From an uncultured Gemmatimonadales bacterium (GTDB lineage: Bacteria > Gemmatimonadota > Gemmatimonadetes > Gemmatimonadales > GWC2-71-9): a DNA stretch of 64,000 nt. Positions 38,941 to 48,960 of this stretch are shown here, one piece after another. How positions within the stretch are numbered: position 1 is the stretch's first letter; the number at the start of each line of letters is the position of its first letter. Under the pieces are notes generated by a model that saw nothing but the letters and a program-made list of their open reading frames with translations, did no database searches and was not told the origin of the DNA. The stretch covers positions 40,590 to 104,589 of the forward strand of contig CAWEWK010000015.1 in assembly GCA_963812755.1 (NCBI GenBank), in the 5' to 3' direction. A program made the translations under genes and the position numbers.

Positions 38941-39401
38941 GCGCGATGCAGCCGGCGATCGACGAAGTCGAAGGGGGCGAAGATCATGCACCCGAGCCGA
39001 TCCTCTCGGTAGAGCAGCCGGTTCGAGAGAGCCAGCACCTCGCAGTCCAATTGGTCCAGCACGGCTGCGAGCAGCATGGCGCTGCCATAGAAGAGCAGCG
39101 CCGTGTCGGCGGTAAACCAGAGTATCGGCGCATACTGGGGAATGATCAACAGGGCGACGAATAGAATGACCTGACCGCAATGAGCGATCGGACCGGTTGC
39201 TACCAGCCGCCCAGGATGCCGGCGGGCGTGCCACCAGTGCCAGACGAGCAGCGCGCCCGGCAGCGCGACGAGACCAAGGACCCACGGCAGCAGCCGAAAG
39301 CTCCCCGTCACGTGGCCGACGGCCACCTCTCCCGTGAGCCAGAGTCCTAGCGCGACTCGCGATGCGGTGCCTAAGACGCCCATCTGTCGTGCACGAGTCA
39401 C
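38937..39401 (-). CDS. Membrane protein with CEVLALSN...GC motif (DUF6410-like), last gene of the mer operon
   Basis: Four hydrophobic segments; DCEVLALSNRLLYREDRLGCMIFAPFD; start overlaps the upstream stop. Confidence 0.7.
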   Translation of the reverse strand: MTRARQMGVLGTASRVALGLWLTGEVAVGHVTGSFRLLPWVLGLVALPGALLVWHWWHARRHPGRLVATGPIAHCGQVILFVALLIIPQYAPILWFTADTALLFYGSAMLLAAVLDQLDCEVLALSNRLLYREDRLGCMIFAPFDFVDRRLHRA

Positions 39402-39856
39402 GCGCGATAGTCGCTCGCCGGAGGGACGATCCGCCAGTCACCATCCAACAGCGGCACGGTGGCACAGGCAGGTCCACCGTCGCGCCCGGTTCCGGCAATG
39501 CGCGCCTCGAGGCACGCGCCAGGGGTGGCACCCACGGCCCGGAGCAGCTTCCCGCTGATACCGCCGAGCCGCACCTTGGCTCGCCGAGTCCAGCATGAGT
39601 CGGCTTGCCCCGCCATGGTGCCCGAGTTCACGTAGATGAAACGCCCCGCCGGAGGCCCTTGGGCGACGGCTCCGAGTAAGCGAGGTGTGTCATCGGCTAG
39701 CACGCCGCCCACCCGGACGGTCAGATCGAAGGTGATCTCGGTGACCGTCTGCCTGGTGGGCGGAATCAGCTCCCTGCGGCCACTCTGCACTGCCCACGTC
39801 ACGCCAGGGGGCGGTCCCATCACCGTGATCCGCAACGGAACTTCGTTTGGCTTCAA
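39398..39856 (-). CDS. DUF5990-like protein
   Basis: PPPGVTWAVQSG...QGPPAGRFIYVNSG...WTRRAKV...GGPACATV; TTGA overlap with the upstream gene. Confidence 0.8.
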   Translation of the reverse strand: MKPNEVPLRITVMGPPPGVTWAVQSGRRELIPPTRQTVTEITFDLTVRVGGVLADDTPRLLGAVAQGPPAGRFIYVNSGTMAGQADSCWTRRAKVRLGGISGKLLRAVGATPGACLEARIAGTGRDGGPACATVPLLDGDWRIVPPASDYRA

Positions 39857-40443
39857 TCCACACCCCGGAGCATTTGCACTGCGCTGTCGGCGAAAACCTG
39901 GGGGTCCAAATACGGTGCTGCGACCCGCGGCTGGTCGGGCGAGCCGAGCTGATGCATCCAGAAACGCGGCTCCGGTGGCAGGTCGCCCTCCCAGCGAGCA
40001 TCAGGGCCGTAAATGAGGAACATGTCCCAGGCCTCCTCGGGCAGCGCCAGCGCTTCCGCGTACGCCCGCATGCTCCAGCCTTGGCCGTCCCAGTAGTGGG
40101 TCGCGCGGGGGTCGGGCACCAAACGCGTGGCAACGGGCACGTCCTCTTCTCGTCCGTCCAACATGGGCACCCACACCACGTAGGCGCGGAGCCGTGGATC
40201 CGACTGCTTGGCGAGCAAGACCTGCTCGACTCCGGAGGCCCCGCGGAGACAAATCCCTCAGGTGGGAGCGACCAGCATGACAACGCGGACTCTCCCCATG
40301 TCCGCGTTGAAGGCGTCCCGCAGCTCATCGGCGGTGGCGCTCAGCGACACGTGCGGTCGGTTGCTTCCGGCCGGCTGACAACCGAGCGCGAGCACCACCG
40401 TGGCCACGAGCCTGGTCACCGGGTACCAGCAAGCCGTGCGCAT
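39853..40443 (-). CDS. Thioredoxin-fold lipoprotein with in-frame TGA at 40258-40260 in a UxxC motif (candidate selenoprotein, 196 aa)
   Basis: Joins ORFs 40258..40443 and 39853..40218 in frame: VVLALGC...LRDAFNADMGRVRVVMLVAPT-U-GIC-LRGASGVEQ...AYVVWVPML...DPRATHYWD...AWDMFLIY. Confidence 0.85.
40219..40257 (-). promoter_or_regulatory. Candidate bacterial SECIS hairpin
   Basis: After the TGA: gg-GATTTGT-CTCCG [CGGGGCCTC] CGGAG-tcga-GCAGGTC, with G early in the loop. Confidence 0.55.
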
Positions 40444-40447
40444 GACC

Positions 40448-40813
40448 TTACCTCCCAGCCAAGATCCCGATCACATGGGGTGCCACGAGCGCCACGAGCC
40501 AGAGGGTGGCGGCCACCCAAACAACGATCCTGCTGATCCGTCCCGCTCGACTGGGGCATGCTGCCCCCAGATCCGACGCCGCCGCCGGTCGGTAGGCGAA
40601 CCAGATGCCCATCCCGATCAGCAGCAAGGAGGCGACAATGAGAATCGGCCGGTACGGCTGGAGTCTCGCCGCCGCCAGCGCTCCTCCGACACCCGCGATC
40701 GAGACGACTGCTGGGCCGATACAGCACAGGCTCGCCGCTGCGGCCGTGATCGCCGCCCCTAAGCCGGTGAGGCTCGCTCCGACGGCGGCGATTCCCCTGG
40801 TTCTCATCGTCAT
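40448..40813 (-). CDS. merT: Mercuric transport protein MerT
   Basis: AASLCCIGP in TM1, LQPYRP, loop Cys, three TM segments. Confidence 0.9.
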   Translation of the reverse strand: MTMRTRGIAAVGASLTGLGAAITAAAASLCCIGPAVVSIAGVGGALAAARLQPYRPILIVASLLLIGMGIWFAYRPAAASDLGAACPSRAGRISRIVVWVAATLWLVALVAPHVIGILAGR

Positions 40814-41496
40814 GCCGTCGCGGCACCACTGGCCAATGCGTCGCCAAGCTGGACGGCGTTGAACCTCCGTCCCCATTCAAAGGCTTGCTCGAGGGTGAGC
40901 AAGAGCGTGCCTGGGTGCTCCGCGACCCATGCCACCCCCGCCTCCGGCGAGGCAAGAAAGAAGACGTAATGGCAGAAGGTAGCCAGGAGCTCTACTGCAC
41001 TCGCCTCGAGGACGCCGGCAGCATCACACCGGAATGAGACCACCGTCTCAGCCGGCTCTACGTCCTCCACAGCATCGGGCGTCAGGGTCAACCTGACCAG
41101 CGTGCCGGTGCGCGGGCAGGGGGACATAACCCGGACTCTACCAGTCAAGACTTCTGGAATGAAGAGCGTGTCCATGGCGCACCACGTGAACAGAGTGCGC
41201 CCGTCCACTTCGAGGCGATGATGGGTGGGAAACACTGCTAGCCCGCGAAAGCTGTTGATCCGCTTCGCGTCGTCATACAGCACCAGGCCCCTCAAGTTCT
41301 CGTGCTCCAGCATGGCAATGACATCTCTCGTCGGCAGACGCAGTGCTTCAGCCACGCTCTCTGGTGGGACGGGCTCACCCCGCGCCAACTGCCGATAGAC
41401 CTCGAGAGACAACCATTGGTGACTCGAAGGCCACCGAGGCAGCCTTTGGAGCAGGGTGAGAGCCTTTTCCAGGTTTTCTTCAGATCCGATCAACAT
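40810..41496 (-). CDS. merB: Organomercurial lyase MerB
   Basis: RTLFTWCAMDTL, SPCPRTG, FCHYVFF, WVAEHP. Confidence 0.93.
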   Translation of the reverse strand: MLIGSEENLEKALTLLQRLPRWPSSHQWLSLEVYRQLARGEPVPPESVAEALRLPTRDVIAMLEHENLRGLVLYDDAKRINSFRGLAVFPTHHRLEVDGRTLFTWCAMDTLFIPEVLTGRVRVMSPCPRTGTLVRLTLTPDAVEDVEPAETVVSFRCDAAGVLEASAVELLATFCHYVFFLASPEAGVAWVAEHPGTLLLTLEQAFEWGRRFNAVQLGDALASGAATA

Positions 41497-41522
41497 CTTC
41501 TTTCCCTCAGTAAGTGAAGTCT

Positions 41523-42935
41523 TCAGGCCGCACAGCAGGACAGTTTCCGCACATCTCGGTCGAAGGCCTGGGCGGTGAGCTTGATACCCTCAGATAGCGT
41601 GAGATATGGATGGAACGTCGAGGTCAGGTCCTCGATCGTGAGTCCGAATTTGATGGCCAACGTTGGTTCCGTAATCATCTCGCCCGCTTCTGCCGAGATG
41701 AGGTGGGCGCCGATGAGCCGTCGCGTCGTACCATCCGCCACGAGCTTCACGAAGCCGCGGGTATCCCGGGCGGCCAGCGCTCGCGGCACCTGCTCCAAAG
41801 GCAACGTCACAGAGACCGGGTTCAGTCCCTGTTGGCGTCCTTCCGCCTCGGAGAGCCCGACTGACGCCACCGCCGGATCGGTAAAGGTGATTCTGGGCAG
41901 GGCCGACAGATCGTATCGGCGAGCCGGTCCAGCACTCAGCGCATTCTCCGCGGCGATGGTGCCTCCATACGCGGCCACATAGACCAGCATCGGGTCGCCC
42001 AGCACGTCGCCGGCCGCATAGATGTCCGGGTTGGCCGATTGCAGGAACTCGTCGACCAGGATCTGACCCTGCGGGCCAAGGGTTACGCCAAGTCGCTCCA
42101 GCTCGAGCCCTCTGGTGTTCGGGCGCCGGCCGGTTGCGACGAGAAGTTGTTCGGCCTGCGCGGTGCCGGTTTGTTCACCATCGTGAAAGGCAATGCTGTA
42201 GCCCGCGGTGCTTCGGCACACGTCCTCGAGCTGAACGCCGGTGTGAATCCGGAGGCCTTCCTCACGGAGGTAGTCTGCCAGAGCCTGGCCGATCGCTGGG
42301 TCCTCGGCCGGAACGATTCGAGGCAGCGCCTCGAGCACGGTGATTTGGACCCCCAGGCGGGCAAACATCTGCGCCAGCTCGAGTCCAACCGGCCCCCCTC
42401 CGATAACGATCATGGACTGAGGCAGAGAGTCGAGCGCCATGGCGCTGGTACTGTCCAGGTATCCGGACTCGGCAAGCCCGGGGATCGGGGGAGCCCAGGG
42501 AGAGGCGCCCGTAGTGACGATGGTTCTTCGGGACCTGACGGTGCGACCGTCTTCCAGGTGCACTTCATTGCCTGAGGTCAGCTCTGCGTGGCCGCTGAAC
42601 AAGGTGATGCTCTCGTAGGAGCCGAGCACATCCCTGTACTTCCGCTGGCGGAGGTCTGACGACAGCTCGTCCTTCTGTGCCCGAATGAGCGCCCAGTCGG
42701 GCTTGCCATCGGTCGTGGGGATGCCCCGGAAGCCGTGCCGTGTGCGTCGCAGGTTCGCTTCGGCGGCTCGCAAGAGGGTCTTGGAGGGCACGCAGCCAAC
42801 GTTGACGCAGGTGCCTCCCAGGGTCCCGCCTTCAACCAGCGCGACCCGTGCCTTCAGCTCTGCGGCCCGAATGGCAGCGGCAAAACCTGCCGAGCCACCT
42901 CCAACTACCACTAAGTCGAAGGTCTGGTTTGTCAT
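41523..42935 (-). CDS. merA: Mercuric reductase MerA (no N-terminal NmerA domain)
   Basis: GGGSAG, GGTCVNVGCVPSK, FHPYLT, C-terminal LSCCAA. Confidence 0.97.
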   Translation of the reverse strand: MTNQTFDLVVVGGGSAGFAAAIRAAELKARVALVEGGTLGGTCVNVGCVPSKTLLRAAEANLRRTRHGFRGIPTTDGKPDWALIRAQKDELSSDLRQRKYRDVLGSYESITLFSGHAELTSGNEVHLEDGRTVRSRRTIVTTGASPWAPPIPGLAESGYLDSTSAMALDSLPQSMIVIGGGPVGLELAQMFARLGVQITVLEALPRIVPAEDPAIGQALADYLREEGLRIHTGVQLEDVCRSTAGYSIAFHDGEQTGTAQAEQLLVATGRRPNTRGLELERLGVTLGPQGQILVDEFLQSANPDIYAAGDVLGDPMLVYVAAYGGTIAAENALSAGPARRYDLSALPRITFTDPAVASVGLSEAEGRQQGLNPVSVTLPLEQVPRALAARDTRGFVKLVADGTTRRLIGAHLISAEAGEMITEPTLAIKFGLTIEDLTSTFHPYLTLSEGIKLTAQAFDRDVRKLSCCAA

Positions 42936-43411
42936 CGCCCGGTCACTCTTACCTTCCTAGCGCCTCTTTGTCTTGTGCGCCTAGACGGCTCTTTCGACTC
43001 CTGGCCGTGTTCCACAGAGTCCTGGAGAGCCTCGAGAATAGGACATTCAGCAGTCGGCACCCTCGCCCGACAGGCCTCCGCCAGTTCCCCCAAGACCCGC
43101 CTGATCTCTTCGAGCTGCCGAATCTTTTGATTCACCAGGTGGATCTTGGCGCGCGCCTTGTCCTCCACGTCGTGACACGCCGCGCCATGTCGTACTCGGA
43201 GCGCAAGCAGATCCTGAATTTCCTTGAGTGAGAAGCCCAGTTCTTGAGCTCGCTTGATGAACCCAATGCGAACTACTACCTCCGCTGAGTATTGCCGGTA
43301 GCCGCTAGGATTCCGCTCCGGCTCTGGAAGCAGCTTTCGCCGTTCGTAATAGCGCACGGTCTCGGAATTGACATTCGCCCGCGCAGCGACCTGGCTGATC
43401 GTCATGCTCAT
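42932..43411 (-). CDS. merR: Hg(II)-responsive regulator MerR
   Basis: ETVRYYERRKLL, FIKRAQELGFSLKEI, three Cys (ACHDV, EAC, ECPIL). Confidence 0.93.
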   Translation of the reverse strand: MSMTISQVAARANVNSETVRYYERRKLLPEPERNPSGYRQYSAEVVVRIGFIKRAQELGFSLKEIQDLLALRVRHGAACHDVEDKARAKIHLVNQKIRQLEEIRRVLGELAEACRARVPTAECPILEALQDSVEHGQESKEPSRRTRQRGARKVRVTGR

Positions 43412-43437
43412 CTGAGTCCCTCCGCCTTCCAATGTCG

Positions 43438-43469
43438 AGGATAAGGCCTGGACTATGGTACAGGGTCAA
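43438..43469 (-). promoter_or_regulatory. MerR-type promoter/operator
   Basis: TTGACC, 20-bp spacer, TATCCT; dyad CCTGTAC-cata-GTCCAGG overlapping the spacer. Confidence 0.85.
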
Positions 43470-43570
43470 GAGACGGATTATGAGTGTGGCTGAGGGAGTG
43501 GTGGGTCATACGGGTCATCGTGATGGCACACAAATCTGCACACAGGCGGCGCAGCGCTAATGTGAGCCCG

Positions 43571-44681
43571 TCAAATGCTCTGGCCACCCTCACCGGTGAC
43601 TGGTCCGGCTCGCATGAGCCTCAGCGTCTCTCGGGCTATAAGACGCTCCTCATCGGTGGGAATAGCGTACGCGTGCGATCCGAGAGCCCTCCTCCGAGAT
43701 GCGAAGCTCGTTCCGCCGATTTCGCTCGGGGTCGAGTGCCAGGCCGGCCCAAGCGAACCCCTCACAGATGCGCCATCGAATCTCCGGCGCGTTCTCCCCG
43801 ATACCTCCAGTGAATACGATGGCTTCCGCCCCCTCGAGCGCGGCGAGGTAGGCACCGATGTATTTCCGGATCCGATAAATGAAGATGTCGAGGGCGAGCT
43901 TGGCGGCGGGATCGCCGCGCCGCTGAAGCTCCCGTACGTCCCCCGTGCCGGCGAGTGCCTTCAATCCGGCCTCATGGTGGAGCATCCATTCGAGGCGCTT
44001 CAGCGACATCCCGTCGTGCAGCATGTGAGTGAGGATTGCCGGATCGAGATCCCCTGCCCGGGTCCCCATCACCAAACCCTCGAGCGGGGAGTACCCCATC
44101 GAGGTGTCCACTGAGCGGCCCCGCAGGATGGCAGCAGCGGAGCAGCCGCTGCCGAGGTGAAGCGTGATAATCGTAGGTTCCCGAGAGCCGACCAGACTGG
44201 CATAGCGCTCGGTGACATACCGATGGGACCACCCGTGAAATCCGTACCGGCGCACGCCGGCGAACTCAGGGAGAGCATATCGCCAGGCCTGGGGTGGAAG
44301 CGTGGCGTGAAACGCGGTATCCAACGCCGCTACTAGCGGGACGCCTGCAGGTAGGGTGGCCTCGATCCCCTCGAGTGCCGGCCCGTTGTGCAGTGGTGCC
44401 AGCGGAGTGACCTCGCGCAGCACCCGGAGCACTTCCCGGTCGATGCCGACCACGTCGGGCAGGCGGCCCCCGCCGTGTACCACGCGATGCGCGATGACAT
44501 CCGGCCGGGCCGGAAGCGCGCCCATCACGCGCTCGACCGCGTCGCGGTATCCGCCCTGGATCTCCACAGTCTCCCCGGCGAGAAGCTCGAGCTCGGCACC
44601 GCCGTTCTCGCTGAACAGCTTGTACTTGAGCGTGGCGCTGCCGCAGTTGATCACCAGCACCCGCATGGCTGCAGTGGTCAA
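43571..44681 (-). CDS. ackA: Acetate kinase (1-nt frameshift near 43674)
   Basis: [44 protein letters not shown]; terminal [10 protein letters not shown] in another frame. Confidence 0.92.
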
Positions 44682-47035
44682 CTGAGGGTCCAGGTCCAGT
44701 TCCTGACCTCGGGAAGGTCCTCGCCATGCTCCGAGACGTAGACCTTATGCCGTTGAATCGCCTCGCTGAAGCGCTGAGATGTCCGGTCGGCTACCCCCGC
44801 GAGCCGCGGCACTCGGCGGATGACGTCCAGCGCCAGCTGGAATCGATCCATGCGATTGAGCACCGTCATGTCGAACGGGGTCGTCGTCGTCCCCTCTTCC
44901 AGGTACCCACGAACGTGGATGTTGCTGTGGTTGCGCCTCCGATACGTGAGGCGATGGATCAGCGTGGGATAACCGTGATAGGCAAAGATGACCGGTTTGT
45001 CGGCCGTGAACATGGCGTCGAAGTCCTCGTCGGGCAGGCCGTGCGGGTGTTCCGACGCAGGCTGCAGCGTCATCAGGTCCACCACGTTCACGACCCGTAT
45101 GCGCAGATCCGGTAAGTTTTCGCGAAGCAAGGAAACGGCGGCGAGGGTTTCCAGCGTCGGGACATCCCCGGCGCAGGCCATCACGACGTCGGGCGATCCC
45201 TCATCGTTGCCGGCCCACTCCCAAATGCCAAGACCGGTGGTGCAATGGCGCACCGCTGCATCCATGTCGAGCCAAGTCGGTGCCGGCTGCTTCCCGGCGA
45301 TGATCAGATTCACGTAGTTGCGGCTGCGGAGACAGTGGTCCGCCACCGAGAGCAGCGTATTGGAGTCGGGAGGCAAGTAGATGCGGACGACGTCGGCCTT
45401 CTTGTTGGCGACATGGTCGATGAAGCCGGGGTCCTGATGCGAGAAGCCGTTGTGGTCTTGCCGCCAGACGTGCGAAGTCAGCAGGTAGTTCAAGGAAGCC
45501 ACCGGCTTGCGCCACGGAATCGTGCGAGTCGTCTTGAGCCACTTCGCATGCTGGTTGAACATGGAATCGACGATGTGGATGAAGGCCTCGTAGCAGGAGA
45601 AGAACCCATGGCGGCCGGTCAGCAGATAACCCTCCAACCAGCCTTCGCACATGTGCTCGCTGAGCACTTCCATGACCCGCCCATCCGTTGCCAGATGCTC
45701 GTCGACGGGCAACGTGGTGGCTTCCCAGGTCTTGCCGGTGACATCCAGGACCGCGTCCAGCCGGTTGGAGGCCGTCTCGTCGGGCCCGAACATCCGGAAA
45801 TTCCGTTGCTCCAGGTTGAGCTTCATGACGTCCCGCAGATAGCGGCCTAGAATCCGGGTCGCCTCGGTGACCGGCTGGCCGTTGTGCTTCACCTCCACGG
45901 CATAGTCGCGGAACTCCGGAAGGCGTAACGGCTCGAGCAGCAAGCCGCCATTCGCGTGCGGGTTCATCCCCATGCGCCGTCTGCCCTTGGGAGCGAGGGC
46001 AGCCAGCTCCGGCTTGAGCCGGCCGTCGCGATCGAAGAGCTGGTCCGGCTCATAGCTCTTCATCCAATCTTCCAGGAGTTTCAGATGCTCCGGCTTTTCG
46101 CGGAGCTCGCTGAGGGGGACTTGGTGCGAGCGCCAGGTCCCTTCCACTTGCTTCCCGTCCACCACCTTCGGTCCAGTCCAGCCCTTCGGGGTCCGGAGGA
46201 TCAGCATGGGCCAGCGAGGACGGTCTGCCTGGCCCTTTTCCCGAGCCCGTTTCTGGATACCCCGGATATCGGTGAGTATCTCGTTCAGCGTCGCGGCCAT
46301 CTGCTGGTGCATCGAAAGCGGGTCGTCCCCTTCGAGGTAGTGAGGCGCGTATCCGTATCCCACAAACAGCGACTCCAATTCTTCCTGTGAGATACGGGCC
46401 AACACTGCTGGGTTGGCGATCTTGTACCCGTTCAGATGGAGAATCGGCAAGACCGCCCCGTCCTGCGCAGGATTCAGGAACTTGGTCGAGTGCCAACTGG
46501 TGGCGCAGGGGCCGGTTTCCGCCTCTCCGTCCCCGACAATGCACGCGACAATCAGGTCGGGATTGTCGAAGGCCGCGCCGTAGGCGTGGAGCAGCGAGTA
46601 CCCCAGCTCGCCGCCTTCGTGAATGGAGCCAGGCGTTTCAGGCGCGACATGGCTCGGAATACCGTAGGGCCAGGAGAATTGCCGAAAGAGCCGCTTGATA
46701 CCGTCTCGGTTCTGCCCGATCGGCGAGTAGATCTCGCTGTACGAGCCTTCCAGATAGGTATGCGCCACGATCCCCGGACCACCGTGACCGGGGCCGATGA
46801 TGTAGATCATGTTGAGATCGTGCTCGACGATCAGCCGGTTCAGGTGGGTGTAGATGAAATTGAGCCCCGAGGTCGTCCCCCAATGCCCGAGCAGGCGAGG
46901 CTTGATGTCGTCGATGGAAAGGGGCCGGTCCAGAAGCGGATTGTCTTTGAGGTAGATCTGGCCGACGGAGAGGTAGTTCGCCGCGCGCCAATAGGCATTC
47001 ATCTTCTCGATGAGCGCGGCATCAAGCGAGCTCAT
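44678..47035 (-). CDS. xfp: Phosphoketolase
   Basis: [52 protein letters not shown]. Confidence 0.97.
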   Translation of the reverse strand: MSSLDAALIEKMNAYWRAANYLSVGQIYLKDNPLLDRPLSIDDIKPRLLGHWGTTSGLNFIYTHLNRLIVEHDLNMIYIIGPGHGGPGIVAHTYLEGSYSEIYSPIGQNRDGIKRLFRQFSWPYGIPSHVAPETPGSIHEGGELGYSLLHAYGAAFDNPDLIVACIVGDGEAETGPCATSWHSTKFLNPAQDGAVLPILHLNGYKIANPAVLARISQEELESLFVGYGYAPHYLEGDDPLSMHQQMAATLNEILTDIRGIQKRAREKGQADRPRWPMLILRTPKGWTGPKVVDGKQVEGTWRSHQVPLSELREKPEHLKLLEDWMKSYEPDQLFDRDGRLKPELAALAPKGRRRMGMNPHANGGLLLEPLRLPEFRDYAVEVKHNGQPVTEATRILGRYLRDVMKLNLEQRNFRMFGPDETASNRLDAVLDVTGKTWEATTLPVDEHLATDGRVMEVLSEHMCEGWLEGYLLTGRHGFFSCYEAFIHIVDSMFNQHAKWLKTTRTIPWRKPVASLNYLLTSHVWRQDHNGFSHQDPGFIDHVANKKADVVRIYLPPDSNTLLSVADHCLRSRNYVNLIIAGKQPAPTWLDMDAAVRHCTTGLGIWEWAGNDEGSPDVVMACAGDVPTLETLAAVSLLRENLPDLRIRVVNVVDLMTLQPASEHPHGLPDEDFDAMFTADKPVIFAYHGYPTLIHRLTYRRRNHSNIHVRGYLEEGTTTTPFDMTVLNRMDRFQLALDVIRRVPRLAGVADRTSQRFSEAIQRHKVYVSEHGEDLPEVRNWTWTLS

Positions 47036-47125
47036 TTCCACGTCCTTCACTCTCTGCTGGTTCCTACTCCGCTTCAGCACGGCCAGAACGTTGTGCCCCC
47101 TCCTGGGCCCCTATATGCGCTGATC

Positions 47126-48055
47126 TCAGGCGTTCGTGCTCGACTTCCATTGGGTCAGGCGCTCTGCGATCAACTCGGCGCGTTGCCGATCGTCCCGTCC
47201 GTCCAGGATACTCATGTCCTCGGGATTGGCGCGCAAGTAAACCCCGGACGTCCGCGCGTTGACATTCGGGTCAGTGTCCGAGCGCGTCGTCCAGTACCCG
47301 GCCGCGCGATCGGCGGATTCGAGCTGGATCTCTCCCGTCCCGTGCAACTGCGGCGCATTGGGGTCCCGGGGCCGCTCGCCTTTCCAATAATAGAAGACCC
47401 CTGCAGGATCCTTCCTCTCCTTCGCCGCTTCGCTCCGGTATCGTGCCGACAGGGTGCCATCCTCTTGCCATGAGCGGCCGCCCACCTCCAACCCCCCGTC
47501 CCGGTCTCGCGAGATCCGCAAGAGGCTTACGGCCGAAGGCTCCAGGGAGCTGCGCTCCGTCAGGGACAACTGCCACCACAGGCCTTCGATGCGGGCTGCC
47601 CGGCCCTCGTTCTCAATCGCCTTCCGAAGCTTCTCATTGACGACTCTCATCTCGGCAGCGCTGGTCACTTCGCCGTAGCGCACGCTCGTAAGCCCGAGGA
47701 GATCGGTTGGAAGCTTCGAGCCACTCGCATGGAGGATGAATGTTCGGCGCATTCCGAGGGCGCCGCCGAAGAGACCGGCTTCGAAGACCACGTTGTCTCG
47801 CGGGGAGGCCTGGCCGGATCCCGAGGGATCGGATGCGGCTGGGCTATTGGTCGTCCAGTCGTCGCGCGCGAACACGAACGCCGCGAAATCGACCTCCCGC
47901 GTCAGCTCAACGAGTCGCTCCAGTGTGGTGGTCCCAGGATTGAATGAACTCGTCCAGGGCACTACCTGCGCGACGTCTTCGAGACCACGCGTGAGCGCCT
48001 GCAGCAGCTTCTGCTGCTTGCCTGACGAGCCCAGGAAGATACGAGGCTTGTCCAT
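47126..48055 (-). CDS. TIR (Cap12-like nucleotide-binding) domain protein with C-terminal beta-rich domain
   Basis: KPRIFLGSS...VVPW...DFAAFVFARDD...PRDNVVFEAGLFGGALG...KLPTDLLG; catalytic Glu retained. Confidence 0.88.
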   Translation of the reverse strand: MDKPRIFLGSSGKQQKLLQALTRGLEDVAQVVPWTSSFNPGTTTLERLVELTREVDFAAFVFARDDWTTNSPAASDPSGSGQASPRDNVVFEAGLFGGALGMRRTFILHASGSKLPTDLLGLTSVRYGEVTSAAEMRVVNEKLRKAIENEGRAARIEGLWWQLSLTERSSLEPSAVSLLRISRDRDGGLEVGGRSWQEDGTLSARYRSEAAKERKDPAGVFYYWKGERPRDPNAPQLHGTGEIQLESADRAAGYWTTRSDTDPNVNARTSGVYLRANPEDMSILDGRDDRQRAELIAERLTQWKSSTNA

Positions 48056-48091
48056 CCATTCCTCCCAGCAGCATGCCGACGGCGGTGGCTT

Positions 48092-48283
48092 TCAGCCGGC
48101 GACCGAGGTTGCGGCCGCCCTGATGAGCCGGGCCGACTTCATCGCCGAGTTCCGGACCGGAACAATCTGGTCGTCCTCGCCGTGAAGCACCAGGGTCGGG
48201 ACATCGAAATTCTTCAGGTCCTCGGTGAAATCGGTCTCGGAGAACGCCTTGATGCTGTCGTACGCGTTCTTGAGCCCGCACTG
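48092..48283 (-). pseudogene. Internal fragment of a non-heme chloroperoxidase-like alpha/beta hydrolase
   Basis: Not in the ORF track: [54 protein letters not shown]; no start codon, no catalytic Ser or His region. Confidence 0.85.
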
Positions 48284-48284
48284 C

Positions 48285-48953
48285 TTACTCCTCGAACGGA
48301 GCGTTCATCAGAAAATCCACGGTAGACGGCCGACTGTAGCCGGGCACGAAACGCTCCCCGAAGTCCCGCGTGAAATTGTCGAAGGTGGTCTCCGGCTTGG
48401 CCTTGACGATGCGGCAGACCGAGTCCGTGAAGCGCCGCTTCATCTCGAGGCGGGGAAATGCGGTGAGGATGCTCTGCATCTCGTTGGGCGGGATCCGGTC
48501 GTACTGGAATCCGAATTCGACCCCGATCCCGGCCGTGCAGAGCGCCACTTCAGCCTCTTTATTCAGGCCGATCGAAGGTGTCGAATTCAAGGCGACACTG
48601 TCCCAGATCAACTGCACCCGGCGATCGTCGAGACCTTGCTCCCGCGCAAAGGCCCGCGCCGCGTCGGCTCCTTCGATCTCGAAGCGCTTGGGACCGGTGA
48701 AGCTGTTCGTGAGCCCAAGGTCGTGGAGCAGCGACCCGAGCGCGACGACTTCCCCGTCGTGAGGCACGCCCTGCAACTGTCCCAGCCGTACCGCGAAGAG
48801 CCAGGATCGGACGGCATGGTTGAAGAGATACGGCTCGGAATGGACGCGGGCATAGTCCAGTGCGCGGGTGATGAGCGGCGTGTCGATCACCGTAATGCCA
48901 CCCAGGACTCGGGTCTTGCCGCTCATGACGGTCGGTTCGGCGGTTAGCGACAT
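48285..48953 (-). CDS. HD-domain metal-dependent hydrolase
   Basis: [31 protein letters not shown]. Confidence 0.9.
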   Translation of the reverse strand: MSLTAEPTVMSGKTRVLGGITVIDTPLITRALDYARVHSEPYLFNHAVRSWLFAVRLGQLQGVPHDGEVVALGSLLHDLGLTNSFTGPKRFEIEGADAARAFAREQGLDDRRVQLIWDSVALNSTPSIGLNKEAEVALCTAGIGVEFGFQYDRIPPNEMQSILTAFPRLEMKRRFTDSVCRIVKAKPETTFDNFTRDFGERFVPGYSRPSTVDFLMNAPFEE

Positions 48954-48960
48954 GGTCAGC

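Noticed and set aside
41523-41537. MerA ends C-C-A-A-TGA, formally CxxU
   Set aside because: CCAx is the canonical MerA C-terminus; no hairpin follows, the frame closes 11 codons later, and merB starts right after.
38937-43570. mer transposon (Tn21/Tn501-like)
   Set aside because: No transposase, resolvase or 38-bp terminal inverted repeats were seen.
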